DNA of 63,620 nt, filler included, from Asterionella formosa (Eukaryota): NCBI GenBank assembly GCA_002256025.1. It is 18 parts of 18 records of this genome, joined end to end, with 100 filler letters (N's around TTAATTAATTAA, not from the genome) between each part and the next. Parts side by side here need not be neighbours in the genome. Positions count along the whole stretch, not along the records: positions 33,246 to 53,983 come from NKIB01003262.1; positions 54,084 to 55,361 come from NKIB01003263.1; positions 55,462 to 56,738 come from NKIB01003264.1; positions 56,839 to 58,115 come from NKIB01003265.1; positions 58,216 to 59,492 come from NKIB01003266.1; positions 59,593 to 60,868 come from NKIB01003268.1; positions 60,969 to 62,244 come from NKIB01003269.1; 11 more parts are not named here. The stretch is one strand, 5' to 3'. The notes below the pieces were generated by a model. It saw only the letters and a program-made list of their open reading frames with translations, was not told the DNA's origin and did not search any database. The first letter of the stretch is position 1, and the number at the start of each line of letters is the position of its first letter. This document shows, in pieces, positions 49,352 through 61,376 of the stretch. Both the position numbers and the translations under genes were made by a program.

Positions 49352-50344
49352 TTATAAAAAATATTCTGGTGTCCGCCTTCCAACATGTGGTTCTCCTCGT
49401 CGTGGTGCAGGGTCAAATTGTAAAAATGTCTTATTCAACTGCTCATCGACTTCCATAATGCCGGCTTGATTTCCACATCGATAGCAGTAATTGGGAGCAC
49501 TAAAGATGGTGACAACCGATTGCTCATGTGACCAATTGTATCCATCCATAACCAGTTGATGCGCCCTGGCCACCAATGTGAGTGCATTTCTTTCATTGAA
49601 TTGACTGGAGATATCTTGACCAAAGGTAAATCCTGCCCCACGAGGTGAAATGCCCCATCCCGATCGATCGTCTGGGTCACTCCATAGCAAATCACACATG
49701 GGTCCTTCATGTGGAACTTCTTGCACTCTATCCAGCTGTCGAACATGATCTAGGGTATCAATGGACGGAGACAGTCCTCCGTGCAAACAGAAAATACTGT
49801 GCTCCACCAACGCTGTGAGTGGGAAGTAATCAAACAAATCCGTAAATAACTTCCACACATTGGCCGATCCATACTTTCGAACGCACTCATCGTAAAATCC
49901 GTACACTTGCGTAATTTGACGACTCTCATGATTTCCTCTGAGAATATGAATCCTATCTGGGTATCGCACCTTCCAGCACACGAGCATACTGACCGTCTCG
50001 ACACTGTAATATCCTCGGTCCACATAATCTCCCATGAACAAGTAGTTGGTGTCTGGTGGGTCCCCTCCAATACGGAATAATTCCATCAGATCATGCCATT
50101 GGCCGTGCACGTCGCCGCAGACAGTGACGGGGGCAGAGACGGGCTGGACGTTGGACTCTTGCAAGAGTGTCTCTCGTGCCATGTCGGTCAGTTGCTTGAC
50201 TTCAGATTCTGCCAAGGGAGTACCAGACCCCAATTTGGCCAACCACCCGTCCATGTCACTGTACGTGCTGGTGTTGATGCTTCCTGTGCTGAAGTTGTTG
50301 CTGCTGCTGCTTGATGCAGAAGCTGGGACACTACCGGTAATCAT
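49352..50344 (-). CDS. PP2A-C: Serine/threonine protein phosphatase 2A catalytic subunit (no intron)
   Basis: [29 protein letters not shown] and C-terminal RRTPEYFL. Confidence 0.96.
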   Translation of the reverse strand: MITGSVPASASSSSSNNFSTGSINTSTYSDMDGWLAKLGSGTPLAESEVKQLTDMARETLLQESNVQPVSAPVTVCGDVHGQWHDLMELFRIGGDPPDTNYLFMGDYVDRGYYSVETVSMLVCWKVRYPDRIHILRGNHESRQITQVYGFYDECVRKYGSANVWKLFTDLFDYFPLTALVEHSIFCLHGGLSPSIDTLDHVRQLDRVQEVPHEGPMCDLLWSDPDDRSGWGISPRGAGFTFGQDISSQFNERNALTLVARAHQLVMDGYNWSHEQSVVTIFSAPNYCYRCGNQAGIMEVDEQLNKTFLQFDPAPRRGEPHVGRRTPEYFL

Positions 50345-51136
50345 GGTGGAAGGAGAGATTTCGATAATGAGTTTTGTTGTGATTCTTCGTTTTCCTTTCG
50401 TTTGCTTTTGCTATCTTTGTTTTCTTTTTAGTTATCCTTTCGTTCTCTTTGTTTGCTCTTGCTTTCAACAGTTGGCTTTGTTGTTTGGGCAATGGCTGCA
50501 GCAAAGAGGCAGTCTCAAATAAATGATCGGAATGAAATAATTATTAAATAAATGATTGCCGGTCGCAAGCAAACAAAGCCATGAGATGAGAATGGCAGCG
50601 AATTGAGACTGCTGTGTGGGTACCGGTAATCCACATATGGACTACCGGTACGGCTAAAAAGTACTTACTCTGTACTCTGTACTGGTACATACGGTATATC
50701 CATGCATTTTGCTTGGTGTTTGTGCAGAATATATACAATATTCAGTTACAGATATATTATTTCTTAAGCGAAATCGTCGTGTCATGCATGTTCCTTGTTA
50801 CACCATGTACCGGCACACGTCATACGAATGCTGGTACTCTATATGTCTATGAATGTACGAATGCGGGTCCGTAATTTGGCAATTTCGCTAAGTTTTAATG
50901 ATAGTAAAAACCGTCTTCTAAACCAAGACAATCCCGACCGCCGTAGTGGGAAAGGAAAACCCGGAAATCAAACATGAGTGGAGTCGTATTTTTCTACCAC
51001 CTTCATGTGGAATACCAGTACGAGTGCATTTTTATTTGTTTCATTCATTGTTGCATTCTCCAGAAAATAGTTAAATTCATTATTCATCTGATTTACATTG
51101 ATTCCTGCATTGTTCAGGTCCAGCATCTATACCACC

Positions 51137-51350
51137 ATGAAGAGTAAAGTGATGCGGGATCTCAAAGGAGAACCAGGAACGCACAACGACGATTGCGACG
51201 ATGACGACGATGACGATGACGATGAAAAGGAAGGCGATGAGATCCTTCCGCCCATTCAAATCAAACGAGAATGCCAGCAGGATCATGAAGATGGTGTGGA
51301 CCTGAGCGATTCCACCATTGACAAGAATAATGAGGAGTTGGTAAGTTTTT

Positions 51351-51381
<31 letters not shown>

Positions 51382-52884
51382 CCCTGACATGTATCAACTT
51401 TTATTTCTATTGTCGGATAAATAACTCATCCATCTTGGCTTCCGTTTTTCGAAATGCAGAGCAAGGCAGATGATGCGCTCTTTAAGTTGCTTAATTTAGA
51501 TCCTCACAACGACTTTGACGCCAAGGAAAAATTCAAATACAAGGAAGAGGCCGTTCTTGTTTTGACGCAATTCTTCCCTTCGGCATTTAGAAAAATGTAC
51601 ACATTCCACGGATATTTCGACGATCCAGAGTTAAAGACATATCCATTGACTGCGGCGTGTGCATTAGGTGCATCCATATCCACCATTCGCAAGATTTTCG
51701 AATTGTACCCCAAGGCTAGCTTTGATGCGCTCTGTGAGAGTTGCGTTAGTAAATTTTCCATGGACATTGTGGAGTTCCTGGTGGAATCCAGACCGGAAGC
51801 ACTGGAGGAACACGATGACCTGCATGCCAACGTGTTTCATCATGCTGCCAGAAGTGGGGACCCACCCTTTGAAATACTGCAATACCTCGTAGAGAAGCGA
51901 CATCGTCAACTACTAGAGACGGATGTAAATAAGTGTACTCCGCTTCACTTTGCCTGTGAGAATGGATTGCCACTAAGTACCTTCAGACTCTTTGTGGACA
52001 ATAAAGGCATTGTTCTGAAGAAGAAAAATTCCGATGGTCAAACACCGTTGCATAATGCATGTAGCGTCATCGACACATCACTAGATGTAATTGAATTCAT
52101 GGTGAAAAATTGTCACACGGCCTTGGAAATTCCGGATGAGTTTGGAAATGTTCCATTGCATGCAGCTGTTCGGAGCATGTCTGCCAGAGTTGTTCATTTT
52201 CTCATAGCAAGCAATAAAAACATGCTAACGTCCAAGGCAAATTTGATGGAGTGGACTCCCCTACATATGGCTTGTGCTGAACGAGATCGGTCCAGTATCG
52301 TTCAAATTGTGGCAAAAGGAAATCCTTCGATCTTGATTGATCCAGATGCCAATGGCCGAACACCACTTCATCTCGCATCTGCCATGTCGGATGTGGAAAC
52401 AGTCAAGATATTGGTTGGATTGAACCAAGGAGCACTTGAAATGAGAACTAAAGACAAGTATACTCCTTTTGTCGAAGCATGCATGGCAGAAAATGTTCCT
52501 GTCATCAAGTACTTGGCAGACAAGTACCCCGATGTGCTGCAAATCCAAATTGAGAACGATCACTGGTCTCCATTGCATGTTGTGTGCGCCAATGGGAAAA
52601 AGAAAGCACCTCAAATTCTTCTCGAAATTCATCCTCTGCTAGCCAAGCTTTTGGATAAAAAGAGTCGAACGCCGCTAGCATTATTCGCGAGTAACTGTTC
52701 TGGTGATGATGAAGAAAACATGGAAGTCATTCAAGCATTGCTTCATGTGTACCCAGATGCCAGAAAAATGGTGGATGATGATGGTAATCCTCCATTGAAC
52801 CAATCCCAGACAGAAGCTTTGATTGATGGTTTTTTGACCAGTGATCGTCGAAGATCTGTCAAGAAACCCCGAACCTCTTCATAA
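51137..52884 (+). CDS. Ankyrin-repeat protein, 2 exons (51137-51340, 51460-52884), ~542 aa
   Basis: Several TPLH-type ankyrin units; acidic N-terminus; GTAAGT...GCAG intron 51341-51459 containing (CTGC)n. Confidence 0.9.
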
Positions 52885-53362
52885 AGATAGTGGATCTCAT
52901 CTGGTTTTGCATTATTACATGTACTGCGCATTAAATTTCTTGTTAACATTCTATATATAATGGCACATGGATATGCAAGCAACTCATTTTCTCCATTCCA
53001 CAACAATATATTCAAATAATCACTTCAACATACATGTAACCTGTGTATTGCATAACAGTTTCGCATTGATATTCCATCCAAATTGGTTAACATAATCCTG
53101 CTCGTTAACAAGGTTGTCCTGAGTTTTGCAATATTAGATTATTCCATGATGCTGTGCCTAATTCCTCCTATAGGTTTCTTGTTACTATTACCAGAAAGAT
53201 CTTGACTGGTCATTCCTCCTCCAGTAGGGCAGGATTGGAGCGCGCCATGCAAAAGAAGAAGCGCCTCTGCTACATATGATAATTTTCACAAAATTATGAA
53301 TGATCTTATCATTGTGCATTTTAGTACCAGGTACCTGATGGTCCATGGTACCTGGTACCAGG

Positions 53363-53983
53363 TGAAGTATCTAACTAGAAGTAGTAGTATTTGTTGAATA
53401 TATGAGCTTATTTGTTAATCCTTGTGTGTAACTCGTTCTCCAAGTCGACACCAAAGTATACAATGAGGGTTAGTCGAGTTCTCTCATTATTGAGTTCTGA
53501 TACATATATGATATAACACTAACCCTATATACATCTGTATTGATGCGCAAGATCGCTCACTCTCCCACACCAAGGGAAAACCTTTTACCTTTGAAAAGGT
53601 TTGATGTAATGGATATTAATTCGTTCCGTTGTATGCATAGTTTGTTGAAAAGTAACTGTACCATAGGATTCGATAGTGATGTAGGAATAACAATACGTCA
53701 AGTATCTCCTGGATTCTTTACAAAATACATGAAATGTATATGATGAAAATTGATAGAGGGAAAATTTAACAGATGTGTTTGGTTTGTTGATTGAGAATGA
53801 GATGAGTTGTTTGATTGAGGATCAATTGTATATCCAGCAATTGTCTATCATGTATTGAGTAATATTCCAGAGGATATTGAATATTGTCTGCCAAAATTGG
53901 ATGATTGAGGGAACAGGTAAACAAAGGTTCATCATCTACTTCAATTGAGAAAGTAGAAATGGATGTTGATGCTGAAGATTTCG
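53363..53983 (-). mobile_element. Internally deleted Ty3/gypsy 3' end: pol remnant, PPT (53560-53566) and 197-bp LTR (53363-53559)
   Basis: GTVTFQQTMHTTERINIHYIKPF integrase tail; GGGAGAG PPT directly before a TGAGC...CTTCA LTR. Confidence 0.8.
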
Positions 53984-54083
53984 NNNNNNNNNNNNNNNNN
54001 NNNNNNNNNNNNNNNNNNNNNNNNNNNTTAATTAATTAANNNNNNNNNNNNNNNNNNNNNNNNNNNNNNNNNNNNNNNNNNNN

Positions 54084-55361
54084 GTTTTCTACCAATTGAT
54101 ATTCCATAACTTTACAACTATGAGACCTTTCCATGATGTTGAACATCTCAATTGACTGGGAAGAAGTTGTATAGAATGAGATTTTTTCCTTATCTCGATA
54201 TTGGAACAATGACTTACACCATAGAATGGTCATCATGTCATGTTGCTGCAATAATACACAAACATCAAATTATAGTTTTCTACCTCTGGATATTCCATAA
54301 CTTTACAACTATGCGACCATTCCATGATGTTGGACATCTCAATTGACTGGGAGGCTGTATAGAATCAGATAGTATACAAATCTAAATTTTGGAAAAATGA
54401 CTAACGCCATAGAATGGTCATCATGTCATGTTGCAGCAATAACACACAAAATTCAAATGATAGTTTTCTACAACTGGATATTCCATAACTTTACAACTAT
54501 GAGACCTCTCCATGATGTTCGACATCTCGATTGACTGGGAGGCTGTATAGAATGAGACGTTGCCTTGCTTTTCTACGTGCCCTTTATCGCAGCAGTACAA
54601 TCAGGGTCCGAGTGGGCGGGGGGTGGCTTGACTGCCCTTTACTCGGACCCCTGCAGACTGTTGCGAGGTGTGCGGCAGGGTTGCCCTCTTTCGCCTATAC
54701 TGTTCAACATCTTCATTGATGACTTGGCAGTGGGGACGGAGGAGAGCGGTGCTCTGGTACCAACTGGGGAACAATGACTTACACCATAGAATGGTCATCA
54801 TGTCATGTTAAAACAATAATACACAGAAAACAAGCCAAATGTTGGGTTTCTACTACCGGATATTCCATAACTTTACAACTATGAGACCTTTCCATGATAA
54901 TGGACATCTCTATTGACTGGGAGGCTGTATAGAATCAGATTGTATCCTTATCTCGATATTGGAAAAATGACTAACGCCATAGAATGGTCATCATGTCATG
55001 TTGCAGCAATAACACACAAAATTCAAATGATAGTTTTCTACCACTGGATATTCCATAACTTTACAACTATGAGACCTTTCCATGATGTTGAACATCTCAA
55101 TTGACTGGGAAGAAGTTGTATAGAATGAGATTTTTTCCTTATCTCGATATTGGAAAAATGACTAACGCCATAGAATGGTCATCATGTCATGTTGCAGCAA
55201 TAACACACAAAATTCAAATGATAGTTTTCTACCACTGGATATTCCATAACTTAACAGTTATGAGACCTCTTCATGATGTTGGACATCTCAATTGTCTGGG
55301 TAGCTGTATGGAATGAGATTGTATCCACATCTCAAAATGGGAAAAATGACTAACGCCATAG
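54084..55361. repeat. Satellite, 188-191-bp monomer, ~6 units filling the contig
   Basis: GATATTCCATAACTTTACAACTATG-type motif recurs; units start near 54084, 54275, 54463, 54846, 55033 and 55224. Confidence 0.95.
54556..54770 (+). mobile_element. LINE reverse-transcriptase fragment inserted in satellite unit 3
   Basis: Near-identical to the reverse complement of 62349-62559 (RCLAFLRALY...RGVRQGCPLSPILFNIFIDDL...VPTG), with a few substitutions and a 4-nt insertion. Confidence 0.95.
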
Positions 55362-55461
55362 NNNNNNNNNNNNNNNNNNNNNNNNNNNNNNNNNNNNNNN
55401 NNNNNTTAATTAATTAANNNNNNNNNNNNNNNNNNNNNNNNNNNNNNNNNNNNNNNNNNNN

Positions 55462-55669
55462 TCCTTGGGACTTCGTCATGTTGTGGCGTTCTACCCCCTG
55501 CTCCATAACCACAGCCACCCTGTCGCGGGCCGTTGCAACGCACGATAATGGGTGATGTACCAAATTTTTCCGGTATAATAGAGGGGGGGCGGGGGGCAGC
55601 GCTTTGACTTTCACAGCCTCTGTACAGAGCTGCGACAGAAAATAATAGGGAAAAACATAGTACCACCAT
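55462..55669 (-). CDS. Possible 5' end of a secreted protein
   Basis: MVVLCFSLLFSVAALYRGCES signal-like start; frame open to the contig edge. Confidence 0.3.
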
Positions 55670-55796
55670 AACCGTAGGTGCTGATAAAAGATGTAGACGT
55701 ACTACCTGGTACCGGTAGTAACTCGTCAGCCTGGCTAATTATCGCGCCAGTTAAATTCATAAAAGCAATATCATGATAACTACCGGGTAGGTATGC

Positions 55797-56738
55797 CAGA
55801 ACATATGGTGTTCTGTTGCTCGCTTATTACTCCGACTATTGGTTTTTAGTTTTACGATCATACAATCCTAGAACTATGATGATTTATTGTCCCACGGTAG
55901 TAGCAACAGTCCTGAATATTTGGTATTCCATTGGTTTTTAGTTTTACGATCATACGATCCTAAAATTATGATGATTTACTGTCCCGCTGCAGTAGCAGCA
56001 GTCATAGACATTTCGTGTTCTATTTGTTTTTAGTTTTACGATCATATGATCCTAAAACTATGATGATTTACTGTCCCACTGCAGTAGCAACAGTCCTGAA
56101 CATATGGTGTTCTGTTGCTAGTTTACTACTCCGACTACCCCCACCAGCATATCACTTACTACCTGCTACTGGTACCCTGTATGTATAAATGATATATTGT
56201 TATTGTCATATGATGTACCGGTACACATGAAGAGCTCCCGCCCAAAAAGGGGGCTTAAACAATTTGCCACCATAACCCTGGCGGTTATGACTTACACGGT
56301 TCACGTAGTCGTGGAAAACAATGGACATATAGTGCATTGAGTATTTTCGAATTATGTATATGCGAGTATGATCATCTCAACCATATCAGATGTTCCATAT
56401 CGAGAGCGCCTTTGAATTTTATAAAATGTATTACGCTATATATATATATATATTTACAAATTTTATTACTATATTCATGGCCAATATATTTTTCAAATCG
56501 TTCTGTCACGTTAACAATCAATGCCTGCTGCTTCATGAAAAGATACGTCGTAGTAAAGCACATGACAGCAAAGAAAGTTTACGCAATACATAACGAAAAA
56601 CATTGTGACTTCGACACATTGCGCATTCGAAGGATGGAGAATGTTTAAGGTAATGAAGCCATCAATGTGCGTGGTACTTGGATGACAATCGTTGGGAGGC
56701 AGGCAGGCAGCACAACAACAAATTGTTAACTAAACGCA
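55797..56738 (+). repeat. Repeat family R2 copy with ~92-bp tandem units
   Basis: Matches 7545-8535. Confidence 0.85.
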
Positions 56739-56838
56739 NNNNNNNNNNNNNNNNNNNNNNNNNNNNNNNNNNNNNNNNNNNNTTAATTAATTAANNNNNN
56801 NNNNNNNNNNNNNNNNNNNNNNNNNNNNNNNNNNNNNN

Positions 56839-56959
56839 GCGAGAAACTGCAGAAAGGAACTTCGGTTTTTTAACTATGCTGAAAATAGTGGATTTTACCG
56901 GGCTAACTCGTTTATTTGGCCTAGTAAAAAAACCGAAGTTCCTTTCTGCAGTTTCTCGC
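56839..56959. repeat. Perfect 33-bp inverted repeat with a 55-nt loop at the contig start
   Basis: GCGAGAAACTGCAGAAAGGAACTTCGGTTTTTT at 56839-56871 and its reverse complement at 56927-56959. Confidence 0.93.
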
Positions 56960-57324
56960 CGAAAGTTAACTTCTGGGGCTATATGAAGATTACCTATGTA
57001 CTTAACTCTTCTTCAAACCCTGCCAACGTTGAGCTATCGTCGTCCAAAAATTCGACAATATCGGCCTTTTCAACGGTCACCCAAACGTCGGAATCAGAAT
57101 CACTAATCGCCGAAACGTCATCATCGGAATGGTAGTCTTGTGCTAAAATTTGTAGTCGTAAAATCTACTGTACAAAAAGTTCCAATGTAATTGCCCGCTG
57201 TAATAATCATATTCTGATTGGTTATCCTTACATCCGTTCGATTGGCACGGTTTGCGAGGTCTTGCAATCCCACGCCGGCCACACTGGATACACATGAAGC
57301 ATTTTCTTGGGTGTTGGCCGATCC

Positions 57325-57427
57325 TACCCGTATACCGGTATCCGTACGGAGTGGGAATATCGAGTACCGGGTAGGTTTACCCGTATACCGGAATCCGTAC
57401 GGAGTAGGAATACCGAGTACCGGGTAG
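57325..57427. repeat. 53-bp tandem duplication; each unit bounded by TACCCG...CGGGTA
   Basis: Units start at 57325 and 57378. Confidence 0.85.
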
Positions 57428-58215
57428 ACCTACCGGCTCCAGGTAACTGATCATCATTCGTCATAGTAAATGGTAGTGCACGCTAACCAGTACCTTAGTA
57501 CCGATAGTTTGCAAATTCAAATATGTTTTGCAGCCGCCGGGTCGTGCATGTGAAACATATTTATGATACGAGTAGGCATACTATCGGTAGAGTAGCAATA
57601 TAAAACATTCAGCGATGAAGAATCTATCTTTACATATTTTATGCATTTGAAATGGAATCTATATACGTACGCGCAAATTTCCACTCATTTGAATTTTTCA
57701 AACGGAATCATTGATATTCAAATTAGCACATAAAAGTTCTTAGTTCCAGGGAATTTCGGCAACCCTAAGCAATTTTTTAATTTTTGCCTAGGGGTTCAAA
57801 TGCAGGAACCTTTAAATATCTGATCGTGAGTTTGCATGTACATACAAGGCATTTGTTTCGGGAAATCGCATGTATCAGAATGAACCGGTGATATTCATTG
57901 CATGCATGCATTGTTTGCATGACTACCTGGTACCTGGTACCTGGTAATCTGGTAATCTGGTACTGGGCTCAGTATAAAATTCATTAAGAGCCTCTGTGCA
58001 CAAATATAAGGACAATGTCCTGCAACATCGTAGACAAATCTGCTATGAGTATACGTAGTGCTGCACGTCGGTTAATTTTTACAGCTACACATAAAAAGAA
58101 TAGACATAATAAGTGNNNNNNNNNNNNNNNNNNNNNNNNNNNNNNNNNNNNNNNNNNNNTTAATTAATTAANNNNNNNNNNNNNNNNNNNNNNNNNNNNN
58201 NNNNNNNNNNNNNNN

Positions 58216-58634
58216 AGCAGGATCTTATTTGAACTTTCAAATGAATTATTTGAAACATCAACTAATTCAGTCTTGCGTTCAAAATTCATTGTGAAAACTT
58301 CACATGAAACAGTTAAAACTTCACATGAAACCGTTAAAAGTAACCTTTTTACGTGAAGAGTGGCATTAATGGATGTGAAGTACCACATAATTAACACTCG
58401 TACGTAAACGAAATTTCGAAAAGTCAAATGAATTATTTGAAACATCAACTAATTCAGTCTTGCGTTCAAAATTCATTGTGAAAACTTCACATGAAGCAGT
58501 TAAAACTTCACATGAAACCGTTAAAAGTAATCTTTTTTACGTGAAGAGTGGCATTAATGCATGTGAAGTACCACATAATTAACACTCATACGTAGACGAA
58601 ATTTCGAAAAGTGGCGTATTTCGCGTCTTAGATG
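58216..58634 (-). mobile_element. CATCTAAGACGC element, family B end with a 187-bp tandem duplication
   Basis: TCAAATGAATTATTTGAAACATC at 58237 and 58424; ends GCGTCTTAGATG at 58634. Confidence 0.8.
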
Positions 58635-59592
58635 CATCTTGCGGAAGCAACTGTAACAACAGTACGAGGAATGGCTTGCTTACAAGAAAACTGGCATATT
58701 CTTGAAAGTCCAAGAAACATCGCTCCTGCAGGGCGGACATCAGCAATCAGGCAAGGAACCAAATTGCGGAGATATCAAGAAACATTTCACACAATGGAGC
58801 ATCAAGGGCAGGACAGGGGAAGGAACTTGCTGGGCGAACATCAGCAATCAGACAAGGAACCAAATGGTGGAGATTTCAAGAAAAACTACAACCAGATGAG
58901 CATCAAGGACAGGGGAACGAACAACCAGGTATTTCAATGTACAGGTGTAGTGATGGAGGTGTCATGGGGAATTGCAATTGTCAGATGGATTGTTTGGGGA
59001 TCATGTTTTGAAACTGCCATTGCATGCGAATTGCTGCCTAGCAAATGGCCTACAGATCTTTCAGATCATCAAAGTGCTGCTAAACATATGCTGCTAGCTA
59101 GTATCAAATCATTAATGCCTATTGGTTTTCATCATTTTACCTGTTGTTCATTAGCTAGTTCACCAATGCTGCCAAAAGCACTACCACCCTTGTCAATCAG
59201 CTGCTTGATATCATATCATTGCTTGTGGTTTTCTCCAGCTATATTGTTCTTGTGTGACATCTTAGTGGCCAAATTTAGAAAGGAGTGGTTATATAAGGGA
59301 CTATGGGCATTTGTTGATAGACCCTAATGAAAATTCGGTGAAACTCGAAAAAGCATTTTTTATCTATTTGGAAAAACAGGCTTAAACACCCCAAAAAGCA
59401 ACAACGTTTGACTACGCCGAAGGTTGCATGTAATTTGAACCGGAAAATGTCGTGGGAGTCAAAATGCCCACGGAGAAATGTTCTTAAGAATCNNNNNNNN
59501 NNNNNNNNNNNNNNNNNNNNNNNNNNNNNNNNNNNNTTAATTAATTAANNNNNNNNNNNNNNNNNNNNNNNNNNNNNNNNNNNNNNNNNNNN

Positions 59593-60050
59593 ATGCTCAA
59601 CGATGCTCAACGAGTACCAACGGTGCTTTATTTCCAATCTGGCAGGCTATTGTAATCTCTACAATCAACAATGACTTAATAATGTGTCTACAACATCAAC
59701 TACTACTACGTGTGCTGAAATCTACTGTGTGAATCTTCCTCTTGCATGTGTTATTCTTTGCCAGTTCAGATCAAAGAAATATGTCGGAGCGGAAGAAAAA
59801 ATAGGTGAATCGGAATCGGCGACTCTTTCGTTCATTATATGGTGAAAGCAGCATAATATTGCGGCAGAGCAGCATTATTTCGCTTTTAAACTGTTGTGAT
59901 GGCTAGTTGGTCAACATATATTGTCACGAACACACATAATTATTGGTATGATCACATAATTATTCGATAAGTGAAATAAATTTTTGTTTAACCCGAATAA
60001 ATTAGGGAAAAAGTAGATTCGAAAAAGTGCCGTAAACGGCGTCTTAGATG
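59593..60050 (-). mobile_element. CATCTAAGACGC element, family A copy
   Basis: Reverse complement of ~217-760, lacking most of the 21-bp minisatellite. Confidence 0.85.
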
Positions 60051-60660
60051 TAGATGATCAAAGTAAACTGGTGGAAGATAATTCTCGTTGAGGAATAACA
60101 TGAGTTCTAATTCAATTGGATGCATGTTCAGAGAATGTTTACTTGGTAGTTGAAATTGAGGAGGAAGGGGCATTTTCATTGCATTTTCAGGGAGAAAGCC
60201 GGCGCGATCTTGAAAATCTGAATATTGCATGGTTTCTGAATTCAACCCTTAGACAGTTTTTAGTCTCAATTGTTTGTCCTGTTGTGACTGAATATTGTTA
60301 TAAACTGAATCGTCGATGTCATCATGACGTGGATGATTGTGGTCACTTGATTCAAGGACAGGACACATAATCTCTTCTTGTCTAATCTCCCTAAATGCTG
60401 TAGCAGTTACACTGCCATCATTAACTTCTTTCCTTGAATGATTAGATGCACTACCGCAATACATAGTTTCACTATGTATTCCAGGAACTCGATGTTCCTG
60501 CATGCAATGTCGACAGTGACCATATGCATAAAAAACACGGTTGCTACAATTTCGATTGTAAGACTCAGATGGGGATTTGTTCTTGCGAAATTTGTAGTTA
60601 CACAGATAACACCATTGCAATGTGCGCAAAGACATTGCAAATTGCAAATGATGACCAAGT
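60051..60660 (-). pseudogene. Cys-rich ORF with one in-frame stop, cut by the family A element; possibly a Plavaka-like transposase N-terminus
   Basis: ORFs 60249-60647 and 59988-60245 share a frame; CYLC and CRHC motifs; ELELMLFLNENYLPPVYFD resembles a Plavaka N-terminal motif (from memory). Confidence 0.35.
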
Positions 60661-61049
60661 CAGGATATGAAAAGGATAGAATGAAAATGAATTAATATAT
60701 AATAATAAATTGAGCGCCACTTCGAACATGCTGTGCTGGAAAATACAGAGTCGTGAAATTATCACTCCACCATAGTAGTAGAAATGGAGGTATACCGCTA
60801 CATGTAGTACAGGCGGCACTAATAGTAATAGTAGTATAGAGCAGAATCAATGTTTTCCTATCATCTATNNNNNNNNNNNNNNNNNNNNNNNNNNNNNNNN
60901 NNNNNNNNNNNNTTAATTAATTAANNNNNNNNNNNNNNNNNNNNNNNNNNNNNNNNNNNNNNNNNNNNTTTGTGGATGCGGATATCGGCGCCAACAACTG
61001 CTTGTGCTGTTTGTTCTTTGGCAGTCGATATCAAGGGAAAATGTGATAG

Positions 61050-61376
61050 AGGAAAAAATAATAATTGAATCGAAATTAGTTACTCTTTACTTAATTATGT
61101 GGTGAGACCAGCATAATATTGCCGTGAAGTCGCGTAATTTCGCCATTATACCGTTATGAGGGCTAGTTGGAAAAAAATATTGTTGCGAACTCACATAATT
61201 ATTGGTTTGATCACATAATTATTAGATAAGTAGAATAAATTTTGTTTTAGAACACATAAATTTTGGTTTGACCCAAATAAATTCCCAAAAAAGTAGCATA
61301 ATATTTTAGAAAAGTAGCATAAATACGTCACTTTAGACATAAATTTGAAAAAGTGCCGTAAACGGCGTCTTAGATG
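61050..61376 (-). mobile_element. CATCTAAGACGC element, diverged family A copy
   Basis: Same terminus and subterminal minisatellite as 217-560. Confidence 0.8.

Noticed and set aside
49352..49372. PP2A tail TPEYFL instead of TPDYFL
   Set aside because: Conservative change; the terminal YFL is intact.
54084..55361. Satellite as a CRISPR array
   Set aside because: The constant part is ~170 bp, the 21-nt variable slots are point variants of one another rather than unique spacers, and there are no cas genes.
58632..59327. 231-aa ORF as a gene
   Set aside because: It starts in the element terminus and its second half is repeat family R3; no recognisable domain.
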